In this document: positions 1-10,963 of the stretch, piece after piece
How the letters are laid out: each line of letters begins with the position of its first letter
How positions within the stretch are numbered: the stretch's first letter is position 1
Origin: Octopus sinensis
Taxonomy: Eukaryota
Reading direction: 5' to 3'
Length of the DNA stretch: 64,000 nucleotides
Assembly: GCF_006345805.1 (NCBI RefSeq)
Contig: NC_042998.1
Location: 118,854,001 to 118,918,000 of the forward strand
Notes under the pieces: model-generated
Told to the model about the DNA's origin: nothing
Database searches by the model: none
The model's input: the letters and a program-made list of their open reading frames with translations, nothing else
Program-made: the position numbers and the translations under genes

Positions 1-3000
1 GTGACTCATACACCGAAAGCTCGCTGACATGGTGACAGATATCACAATTTTATAAATTGGTAGACTGACTGAGGAAATCTAAAATCAGCAAGCAAACCAT
101 AGTTTTATATGTAACAAATGTTTCCTTAGATTACTCTGTCTAGATTAAATGTCTCTACATAACCCATAGTGAAGCGGTACTGCTTAATACCTTTAAGATT
201 GTAATCTTAAATCAGGTTTTCAGAGATGTTTAATCATATTCCAAAACTAAGTGTTATACAATTATCAGTCTTGAATGTCAAGTACAGTACTAAATATCAC
301 AAGACATGTTGTCTGCCACACTACCGAATCGACTGTGCAATCTACTGCCCTGCACAGAATATCAACATGCTCGAATTACCGTAATGGTTTGCAATTCAAT
401 ATTTGGGATGTATACAAATGCAACATAGGTGTTAGTGTAGTAGTATGCGGTATATTGCTTGATGATGGTGCTATCGAAACGTTTCTAATTCCATTATGAA
501 CTGCAGTTTCAATTCTTTTCCCCGGAATTTATTTGTTTCGCCTGGTTTCACATTTGAGTAGGAATATTGTCAACTACTTGACAATGAATGAAAAATTGCT
601 ACCCTTGGTTTTGATAAGGTTTTTTTAACTACTCTTGAAAAATGTTACGACATCAGCAGACTACTACATAATTACTGCTAGATTTCTATTCTTTAGAGAA
701 GCTATTTAGCATGTTTTGCTTTTCTAATCTTTTTTTGGAATAGATAAAACTATCATTATTACTAAATATGCTTGATCCTTGCAGAGCTTTTAGATGTTGA
801 AGATAACACCTATATTAATGTTATTGAAAGAGAATCTATTTATATTCTGATCACTTGTTGGAAGTAGACCCTGACAAAAAGGGCTTCTCCCTTTGCCAGA
901 GCTCTAGGACTTACGTTAAATATTTCTTTGGATGATAGTTCAAAGAGTTTTTAACTGTTATAGTAAACGTGGCTACAATATTTTCTATTTTTATTGCAAT
1001 ATAATTTATTGACTCATTTACATAAGATGTTGATATTGCTTATCTCATGCTATTTCTGATCACTTCAATCTCAAACCAAATGGATTCTATCAGTGACCAG
1101 CATGCCTTTTAGGGAGTGTCTGTGACTACATTACCTAATGTACTTTTCCTGTTTTATAGTGATATGAAAATAATTAGATGAAAGTTGGTTGCTATTTCTA
1201 GCAGGTCAGGTAACCATGCAGAGCCTCCCTTGAGTGTTCTCAAAAGTCGTCAGCCCCACCGGCATGTAATGCGCAACCTGATCCCAAAGATTGCTAATTT
1301 CTATAGAGTCGTAAACTGATATCCCCCACGCCCTATTGAATCAGTCACCTGGCATTCAATTTATAATGACCTATTCTATAATCAATAATGTTTTATTTCA
1401 AATAGACTGAGAAACGTCAGTTCCGTTCATTGTATATGTTTGTATGAAATTCAATGAGAAGAAAATAAATCACTAATACTATGACAGCTGATGGAGCCGA
1501 TGTTGAATTCGCTATGAATATACTTTACCGAATTGAATTGTAATTTTAAATCTACGATGAGTAGAGTTCGAAACTTTTCTTATATCAGTTCCTTTGTCAC
1601 ATAATGCAACTATATCAAGAATGTACATTCACAGACAATAAGGCATTTTACTTATAGTAAATCGTATATGTCAGAAACGTCAGCTTTCTGGAAATGCATG
1701 TATAGTCTACGGAAATCGACATATATCTTCTAAAGCATAAAAGAGAATCTAATTATTTCTACAAAACTATTTTCCTTCGTTTTACGGAACCTAAGATGAA
1801 TTAAAGTCAATGTAATTATAGTTAGGATATCTTCATCATTGATTCTTCACAAACCTAAAGTACATATGTAGTATTTATTTAGTAATCTCAGCGGATGAAA
1901 GTAGAAGATGAAAGTAAATTTATATTCAGAAGTGTAATGCATGTATTTTGGTAATTTACCGCTCCTAGCCTACCATCGCTTTTCCCTAGCAGAGTAATCT
2001 TCATATGCATACATTAGCTTACACGTGTCTACATATTGCTACCGTTGGTTTTGATGTGTTCACACGAGTAATGCAATTAGAAGTCAGAACCTAAATAGAT
2101 ATCAGAAAAGTTGTCTTTAATTTTCCAGTTGGTGCAAATATTCATTTAACTTAAATACGGTCGAAACCAAAGTTGTGTAAATTAATTACTTCAAATTAAT
2201 TACTACAGAAGCGTCATTGCGGCATCCTCTAGAATTTGAACTCACTCAGCCAAAAATAGTTGAACAAAAGTAATTATTAAAGAAAGACTAGAAAAAATAC
2301 TACTTTAGAACTACATTAGAATAACCCTTACCAAACTGATAATGAAATTTACAAACAAAGGAAGTGATGAATACGGATCAAACATTTTTCTAATAATGGC
2401 AAACAACTACCTACACAGACTACTTCGAAATCGCTACCCTTGAAATTACAGCCCTGAAAGGTGTATTTGGTTAAGATGGATGTAGTACACTCTGCTATTC
2501 TATCAACATAAATATGATATCTAGCTTTTTGTATACTTTGTGTACTTACTTTATATATATATCAATCAAAATTACACAAAATTAAAACTAATTACAATTC
2601 TTGTTATGGTGATGAAAAGAATAGAAAGAGCTATTAGAAGATAAGTGAAAGGAAAGTCTTCTACCACTGTACTCTAAATATGAGTTTGAATATCCTTGTA
2701 GTTTTGGAAATGATTTTCAGAATAAATACTTACAGCTTTTGACAACACAATCTGCACTGGTATATCAGTTTTACAAAAGCAATGTAATACGAGTTTACGT
2801 ACTGCACAAAGTAGAGTTGAAAGCAGATTCTACTGAAATTTTAAGACTCTATAACGCATAGAACATTAAAACCGTCATGAACTAACACGGTATTTCGCAA
2901 AAAAAAACCCACGAACTCCAGATCGGGAAGAATATGAACTATACGTATAACAGCCTATGCATTTCTAGGAAGTAATCATAATAGAAAACTAGCTGAGCAC

Positions 3001-3429
3001 TCCATATTAAAAGAAAGGAGCATGGGAAATTCTTATCTAGGAAGAAAACATCTAACATGTGGGAGCAAAAATATATACCGCTAAGGAATATACGTCGATA
3101 ATTTATTATGCATCTCGGTGGAAACGCAGAAAAATTAAAGAAAAGATAAATAAATACCTGGTAAAGTACTGAAACAGTCCGACACTGATATCAGTTCGTC
3201 ATTGCTGCATTTACTGAAAAATAGTATTACTTAACCTAAAAGATTAAAGCATTACTTTTATATGCGAAAGTGACCGTATTTCGAAATAAGACGTCCTACT
3301 TTCCAGCGCAATCTTGTACCATTCACACAGTCAAATGCAAGATACCGACGGAAACATAAAATTGATGTGAACGAGGAAAAAAAAACGTTTCTTACGAAAA
3401 TGTTAGTATTCTAATTATATTCACAATAA

Positions 3430-3640
3430 ATCCTCACATACAAAGGGAAAGTTTACGAAAATAAACAAAAGACGAAGGCAGGTGGAGTACAAACAAACAA
3501 ATGTATTAGTATAGCGCTCAGGAATAGAAAAAGTATTTTACGTTTCGAGCCTACGCTCTTCGACAGAAAGATACACAGAAAAAAAAAACAAAGAGAGAAA
3601 AAATGCGTGTAGGAGCTAACGATCTATCATGGCAAGTTCA
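3430..3640 (-). mobile_element. Short non-autonomous retroelement carrying a hammerhead variant (CUGUNGA family), copy 1
   Basis: Homologous by eye to 44570-44705 (+) and 48140-48325 (-). Shared block ttacgtttcgagcctacgctcttc plus flanking aaaagacgaag.caggtg and aaacaaagagagaa. Confidence 0.6.
3536..3569 (-). ncRNA. Minimal type-I hammerhead-like motif with variant core CUGUCGA
   Basis: Minus strand reads UUU-CUGUCGA-A-GAGC(GUAG)GCUC-GAAA-CG-UA-AAA. A6 is replaced by U. Confidence 0.5.
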
Positions 3641-3644
3641 GAAA

Positions 3645-4044
3645 AATTTAGATTCAGATGAATATGGTACTTAAGTTAAAGGAACCAGAATTTTCTATGG
3701 TATTATCCATATAAATCAAATGGGGTGATTATAATCAAAATAAGCAACAAGGATATCCAAGGTAGTGTAGTACCTTGGATTAAGAACATTAAGAACATAC
3801 TACCATTATGTTCTTATTGATGAAATTAACCTGTCTGTCTATATATCTACCCTCTTTGCAATGTCGGCAAATGAAATAAGTATTAGAATGTACGTTGTCC
3901 GTTTAATTGAAAAATTCTATATGTGGCTGAAGATTGCTCGACATTTTAAAACTGATGTAATACTACAGTGTTTAATAAAATAAAGTAGCATGAAACAATT
4001 GTACTACACTGCCTTGGGTATCCTTGTTGCTTATTTTGATTATA
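3645..4044. mobile_element. Older inverted-repeat, HHR-bearing element of the same family as the 39.9-40.9 kb palindrome
   Basis: IR arms 3730-3773 and 4001-4044, with the right arm running into (TA)n. Outer segment 3645-3729 aligns with 39895-39987 (ggtacttaa.tta...accaga...ggggtgattataa...agcaacaag). Confidence 0.65.
3922..4008 (+). ncRNA. Type-I hammerhead ribozyme motif with long helix II
   Basis: UGUGG-CUGAAGA-U-UGCU...AGCA-U-GAAA-CAAUUG-UA-CUACA. Helix I is 5 bp, helix III is palindromic (ACAAUUGU), predicted cut after 4003. Confidence 0.7.
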
Positions 4045-4048
4045 TATA

Positions 4049-4084
<36 letters not shown>

Positions 4085-4744
4085 TGTATCATCGCTGCTA
4101 TACCTCTGTATAAATATTTTCTTCTTGACAAAGCTTTTCAGATGCAACAAATATATTATTTGCTCATTACAAATAAGAACAGCTTAATAACAAATGTTCA
4201 AAATGTGTTCACGAACGTGTTAAATTAATCTGAATAGCTTTATTTTAATCAGGATTACTTAGTGTTTCTTTAATTACCTATTTACATATTTCTGAAAAAT
4301 ACAGGTGACAGTTCCTGACAGGCTTTAATTTTATTCTAATACCCTCCAGATAAATGTTCATAGATGCAGATTTCTTTATAATAAGAAGCATCAGCCATAT
4401 AAGACATGTAACCGGTTAGTAAAATAATGCTCTTCGTATTCTTTCGAGAATATTTACTTTAACGGAGTGTAGATTTTATACATACACACATAGGCTTTCA
4501 TTAAATTGTCATATTACTAAGGCGTGTAAATTTCACTTCTAAAATGAGTTGTATTTAACAAGGAACCTGGCTTACGGTGATAGATTATGAGCTATTAGTA
4601 TACTAGGTTGGGTGCATTTAATCAAATATTGCTACCCAGTATTGAGATTTCCATTGTTGCTTCGTAGTTCACATGCCGCAGTGCTCGGTATTATTTTCAG
4701 CTTTGCTATATACAAGTATTGGTTTCAAATTTTGGCAATTTTGG

Positions 4745-4890
4745 TAGAGGGGGCTAGTCGATTATATCGACCTCCGTGCTCGGCTTGTATTTATTTTGTC
4801 GACCTCAGCGGAATTTGAACTCGTAACGTTTTTACGTTATGAGTTCAAATTCCGCTAAGTATTTTGCTCTGCCTGCTAACAGTTTTGCCC
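4745..4890 (-). mobile_element. Degenerate tRNA-derived SINE (family A) with internal 23-bp hairpin
   Basis: gtcgattatatcgacc...gtcgacctc.gcggaatttgaactc matches the SINEs at 34921 and 44301. Confidence 0.55.
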
Positions 4891-7654
4891 TCTCCAGGCC
4901 CTGTTACATACAAATATTAGTAGCAGCACAATTTTGGGGTTATAGATGGACACTATTCCTACCTTTTAACAACTGTACCAATGTCACGCATTGAAGATAT
5001 TTTCTTCATGCTTGCTCAGTCTGCTAGTAAAATCTTCTATATATTCGCGTGGCACACACCATTATCTTAATAACAGGATGATATATCAACTAATATGCTA
5101 CTAGAAAGAAGTACATTACTTGATAGTCTTTAATCATAGGTCTTTAGTCATAGCACTGATTTGGGGTTAAGCAATAACAAAGTGTTTCATAGCGAAAAAT
5201 TTGGAATAGTTTTCTTATCAAATACAACATATTTGTTTCAAAAAATAGCAGACACGTTTCACTCTGCAATGATGTCTGTCCTGCTCGACGACAGTTTCTG
5301 CCTGATTCTGCCAGACCTTACAGTAAAATAATTTACCCATATTTACAAACAATTTCGAATTACTGTGACGCAATCACCAGCTTCTTCCGATTCTCCTGTT
5401 TAACGCAATATTTTTGAATGTTAAAATATATTTAATTCTTCGAAACGAAATTGCAGTTGAATATTCACAGTATGTTAAGCATTACATTTATAATGTTTAA
5501 TTGGATTGAAAGGGCAATCAGTAAAGTAACGGATAAAATTCTTTGCAGTATTCCTTTAAGCCTTGAATTCAAATTCTGTAAAGTTCGAGTTTGCCTTTTA
5601 CCCATCAGACGACAGCATAAGTGGCAGATAGGAAATAGGTTGTACCTAATCGAAATTGCGCCTTGATAAAAATCAATATGTAATTCAAATATAAAGAGAC
5701 TACTATGTTTTGATCATATATGAACGTTGTTATATGTATGAAATAGGTATGATATATTGTTGTTGTTCTTGTTGATTGTATTTACCCCAAGACATCTCTC
5801 GTCAATCAAATCTCTCATGAAAACGTTCCAGCGATGACCAGCCTTTATTCTCGAAATATCAGATGGTCTTCTCCAATAATCATAGAATAATGCGCATTTA
5901 GTTCGTTGCACCTTCAGTTTACTGAATAATTAATATCTTACATGTGAATATGAAGCGAGGAGGAAGATTGTTAAGTGAAGAGTAATAAAATTATTTTCAA
6001 CGACATTAATATAATAGGAAGTTTCATTTAGTTTTATAGAATCTATTGTTATCATCCCAAAGGGATATATCCATCTTGCTGTACGGAATACGACAGAATA
6101 TTTCAGTATTCCCCATCATGAGAAAACACAATGATATTCAAGTTTTTGCATGGAGGCAGGAAATGAATTCTTATAAATGTATTCATGACATAATTCTTAT
6201 TAAAATATTGATAGTTCTATTCCATAGTTTCCCAAATCAATATGAAATCCGTTCGTTTGTTCTTGCTCCCATTCAGAAATATACGGAACAAGTTAGCATA
6301 AAATAAGCTGTATTCTTCACTTATACAGTTGAAGAAGCTTACTTTGATGCAGAATACTAATCGGGGAAGGACAATTCGTATAAAATGAAATGCACAACTT
6401 AGAAATTTCATACAGCAATTACTGTATTTGCCTTTGATTGCAACAAAGTAGCTCTACAGTGCAGAAACTGAGCATGGAAAATTTGAAAATTTGGCAAAAT
6501 CATTCAAGATCGAGTTCCATCCCTTTACATTATGAGCTCAAGGTTCCTCCTCCAATGTCATATATAAAAGGACCACTTAACAGATGAATCATTTTATAAT
6601 GCACTATGTCTTTAAAATGGGCACTCCGACGTTACTTCCAGTTTCGTTCTTCCAACTCTGTAACCAATCTCTCATCTTTCTTGTACAACCCGGTCCCTCA
6701 GTCAAAAGAGACAAAATCTTCCGGAGTCTTTTGATTAGATCTTTGAGCTGGTATCAGTTAAATGTATTCAATTATTCTAGTCACAGATTCCACATTCGTC
6801 CCTAAATCTCAAGCACCAAAGCCAAGTGTGACCGGAAATCCCAGTACCATGCCACTCAAACTTAGCTATACCTCATCGACCGCATTATAAAAAATACTTA
6901 GTATATTAGTTAAAAAGAATATTGTATAGGGAGAATGGTTCAACGAGCAACTCATCGGTTTTGCAGCAAAACTCAAGGAATCGCCTGAGGACGAAAATGT
7001 CCATTCATGTGGCCATTATATTGGTCACCTCACATTATTTGGAGTTCTCACACACCAAGCACCCTCATATACACGTAAGCATAGAAGATTAACGAGTCTC
7101 AAGAATTCTGTTAACATCGTTTTCCACTGGTTACAGCCCATACCCTATCCTTATATTTTTCTCCACCTTCTACCAGCCTATATGCTATGCACCATCTTAA
7201 ACATATTTTTTCTCTCCACTTTATTGAACTCAATTCAAAATAAAAACAGTCTGTTGGTCGATATGGATAATCACGCTCTGCTTTAGAATTATCTTGTTAA
7301 GAACTTCCTATGTTAAGAGAAAGTTTAAATTGAATGCGGTTGTGAAGTTATGTTCAGACAATGAAACAGAGATAATTTTTTTATTAAGATGAGAGTAATT
7401 TTATTCGAATATAATCTAATTTTCATCGAAAAGTTACCCCCCACCACGATCTTAACTGTTACACCATTTTTTTCCTTTTAAGAAACTGTTGTTGAATTTG
7501 TTGGCAAAAGTGAATAGTGTTATCAGCTTGATAAAATGTAATATTTTTTAATAATTTCTTTTTTAGTACCACCGTTTCTGAAATACAACATACTTGACTT
7601 TTGCAAACTAGTAGCAGTGTAGCAGAAAATATTCGTATGTTTGTGAGTGAGCCC

Positions 7655-7682
7655 GTTTATGTATGTAAATATGTATATATAT

Positions 7683-7715
<33 letters not shown>

Positions 7716-7729
7716 TGTATACATTTGTG

Positions 7730-7798
<69 letters not shown>

Positions 7799-7830
7799 TA
7801 TATATATGTATATATATATATACACATACA
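7655..7830. repeat. (TA)n microsatellite complex
   Basis: Direct reading. Confidence 0.95.
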
Positions 7831-7879
7831 CACAATCATTTTGCGAGGTACTGTCTACATAGAACAGTGCTTAATTATA

Positions 7880-9144
7880 GGGGATACTGGGTCTAGTTGT
7901 TACATTTTTCATTTTTTGTTTGCCTTGGCACCCACATAAAGTAGCACAGCTGAAGATTTTTTCAGATTTATTTAGTAAAACCCCTCTTTATTGTTATCAC
8001 CAGTAAAAAACAGATATTACATAACATTAATTAGACAGGTTGTAATTAATGAGGTGGTGTCACCTGTAATAATTTTCTCCGAATACGGGGTAAGTTGTGA
8101 CACTTACTGGGGTACTTTGTTACAATTGTTGATAACTCGGAATTATGTTAACAAACAAGTTTAAAACGAATATGTCTCCTGCTTCTTACATCTAGGAAGT
8201 ATTATTTTAATTAATTAACTGTGTTTTGAACCATCTCATATCCTAATTGTGATACTGAGAGTCCTCATCAGCCAATTTCCCAATTGTTACATGTACCACC
8301 ATTAACTTCTCACCACACAGATCACACAGAACGTTCTGTCGTCCATCGGTACAGTCAGCGTGTGCCCAGTCGTTACAGATCATGTATTGCACCCATTATT
8401 CACCTGGAAGGGAATTGGAATACAAATATGAGCAGATAAGGCATTTCTAATCGGCGACTTGCTTGCTGCGAGGGTGCTTTCCTTTGCCTTTACCTGTTTT
8501 ATTTGACTTTCCTTCCCCTTTGTTGCCTTTTCTGTACCAGTTGCCTTCTTTGGTTTGGATTTCCGTTCGTTTATTTCATCCACTATGCGCTGTTTTACGG
8601 CAACATTTCTTTTCATTCACAACTTTTCTGGCGACTCTTTCAATGGCATCAGGAGGGATATACCCCTCTTGTAGTCTTCCTTTTGTAATTTCTAAGTATG
8701 GCGTGTTAAACTGAAATAGAAGGGGTAAGTTGTTACATGCCCGAGGAAAGTTGGTACACTGTAACAATTAGCCCCGACCATGCATTTCTGAGGATTATCT
8801 TGTACACAGCACTAGCAATGCATGGCATCCAGGACACACCTTCATGTATTGAAGGGAACTTCCAACACTTCCTAATAAACCACAAACTACTTCAGTAACA
8901 CCACGTGTGCTTTAGTAGTTAAGGAAATAACTTTGTAGCAAAATTTCGCTTTTGGAGTACAAAAATCGTTTAATGAGCCATACCTTTCCTGGTGACAGCC
9001 CGCTAGTGCAATACACATGTGCAGTCATGATACCATGGAGTCGGATTTCACGAGGTAGAGACCTGAACGCCATCTATTTCTTGAAGTTGGAAACAATGGG
9101 CTTATAACAACTTACCCGTGTAACAACTAGACCCGGTCTCCCCC
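7880..9144 (-). mobile_element. Internally deleted pogo/Tigger-like DNA transposon (psq-HTH start joined to C-terminal PHD finger)
   Basis: About 25-bp TIRs GGGGATACTGGGTCTAGTTGTTACA (7880-7904) and TGTAACAACTAGACCCGGTCTCCCCC (9119-9144), flanked by TA. Minus-strand remnants: ILRNYKRKTTRG/YIPPDAIERVARKVVNEKK and CLICSYLYSNSLPGE*WVQYMICNDWAHADCTDGRQNVLCDLC. No DDD domain. Confidence 0.8.
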
Positions 9145-9559
9145 TACATATTGACTATATAAATTATATATGCGTGTATGTGTGTGTACGTGTACGTGCG
9201 TGTATGTGTATGTGTCGAGATACGAATATAATTCTAAGAATTATGAAAGGTACAAAGTAGGATTGTCGACGTATAAATTTGTCCGACCACTGCTTCCTGC
9301 TTTCAAACACTTCGACTCCAAATAAGAGTGCGTGATAATTGTAGGAAGATGCAAGTCAGTCATTTTTTGAAAGAGATGTAATGAGTAATTAACAGCTGTC
9401 AATTAACCGTCAACTACTTAAGTATGACAGTGATTTAGTAATATCAACCAGTGCCCTGTGACTTCTATTCCAAGCATAATGTCAATTAAATATTAAATGA
9501 AAATGGCAAATTTTACTTCATAGATCCACACATTCATTGGCAGTAAATATTTATATTCT

Positions 9560-9760
9560 AGATGAAATATATGCATATCGATGCATGCAAATCCTAAACG
9601 AATAGCCAATTACAGTTAGAAAATGTCTTCAAATTTCGAAGTGTGGCTACAATACCAAAAGAACGCGATCTGGATAGCTACCTATTGTTCGCATGGTGGC
9701 CTCAGTTTAACATAATGAATTAGCCAAATTACTGAACAATTTCATGGCTTTCTTATGAGG
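9560..9760 (+). pseudogene. Highly degraded Penelope-like reverse transcriptase fragment
   Basis: Translation GYNTKRTRSG*LPIVRMVASV*HNELAKLLN resembles the PLE RT motif YGLPKxHK..PLRPIVS..GS..H.LAK.L. Confidence 0.35.
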
Positions 9761-9859
9761 AGATCATTCATTTTTTAAGCTTCATTTTGAATGGGGTTAT
9801 GCCATGCAGGACATGACATATATGTACATATACATATACATATATGTATGTATTATGTA

Positions 9860-9867
9860 TGTATTTA

Positions 9868-9909
<42 letters not shown>

Positions 9910-9910
9910 T

Positions 9911-9977
<67 letters not shown>
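9860..9977. repeat. (TA)n microsatellite
   Basis: Direct reading. Confidence 0.95.
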
Positions 9978-9981
<4 letters not shown>

Positions 9982-10125
9982 TTAGAGAAAAAACACTATT
10001 ATGCAATTCAAATAATGATAGACATAAACCAAATCATATATCTAAAATAAAATATATTTTTCTAAAATATATAACTAGATCATAAAAAATACAAAAATGA
10101 ATAAACAATATATAATAAGTAAAAA

Positions 10126-10227
10126 AACTACGTACGTTTCATGGCAATAATTAAAATTCGAATTAAAATTAAATTTAAATTTTATCGCAAAACAATTCAA
10201 ATTATAATTATAGTCACTCTTCAGGTT
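10126..10227 (-). ncRNA. Type-I hammerhead ribozyme motif with long AT-rich helix II
   Basis: AAC-CUGAAGA-GUGACUAUAAU...AUUAUUGCCAU-GAAA-CGUACG-UA-GUU. Helix III is palindromic (ACGUACGU). Confidence 0.65.
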
Positions 10228-10848
10228 AACAATAATAACAATAATAGTTAAATAAATAAGCAAATAAACAATATTTCATAAAGAAATAAAATCATGATAT
10301 TTCTTAGAGAAGAAACTCCACTAACTAAATTTGAAACTTAAAACATTAGGACCAATTACCTACAATACATTTATCATGTTAAATATTTAAGGAAACAATA
10401 GAGTAAATAGATAGAAAAAACTATTTATCTGTGAAGATATAATTTAGCTTAATCAAAAAGGCATTAACAAACTATAGAATATCTTTAACCTAGCTATACT
10501 CTAATATTTAATTATTAAACTATTTTACCAATAAATATCACTCTTAATATTATTAGATTTTAGTTCACATGTAATAATTATAAAATAATAACATTATATA
10601 AAAGTAGTATCTAAATTATAATCAACAAATATAGTAATTAAAAATCCATATTTTGTCAATAAATTAACATATATAACATATATAACATATAAAGAAATAA
10701 ATAAATTACTCCATTATTACTTAAGTACTATAGATATCATTCCGAAAATATTCATGAAATAAAAAATTTGAAATGAAAAATTCGAAAGTAAAAAATTCCA
10801 AAGTAAAACCTTATAACTTATCGTTTATAAAATTATTTGCGAAAAAAG

Positions 10849-10963
<115 letters not shown>

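Noticed and set aside
6985-7000. CTGAGGACGAAA hammerhead-like string
   Set aside because: No helix II and no helix I/III pairing; likely chance.
6620-7100. Possible very old LINE RT remnant
   Set aside because: Only scattered residues match RT motifs; insufficient to call.
7523-7939. ORFs rich in YI/IY, HT/CV or YLSI repeats (also at 9.8, 17.9, 39.6, 43.5, 50.8 and 63.3 kb)
   Set aside because: Translations of (TA)n, (CA)n and (GATA)n microsatellites.
8290-8445. PHD finger suggesting a chromatin gene exon
   Set aside because: Contains a stop and a Cys-to-Tyr change, and lies inside a TIR-bounded pogo-like element.
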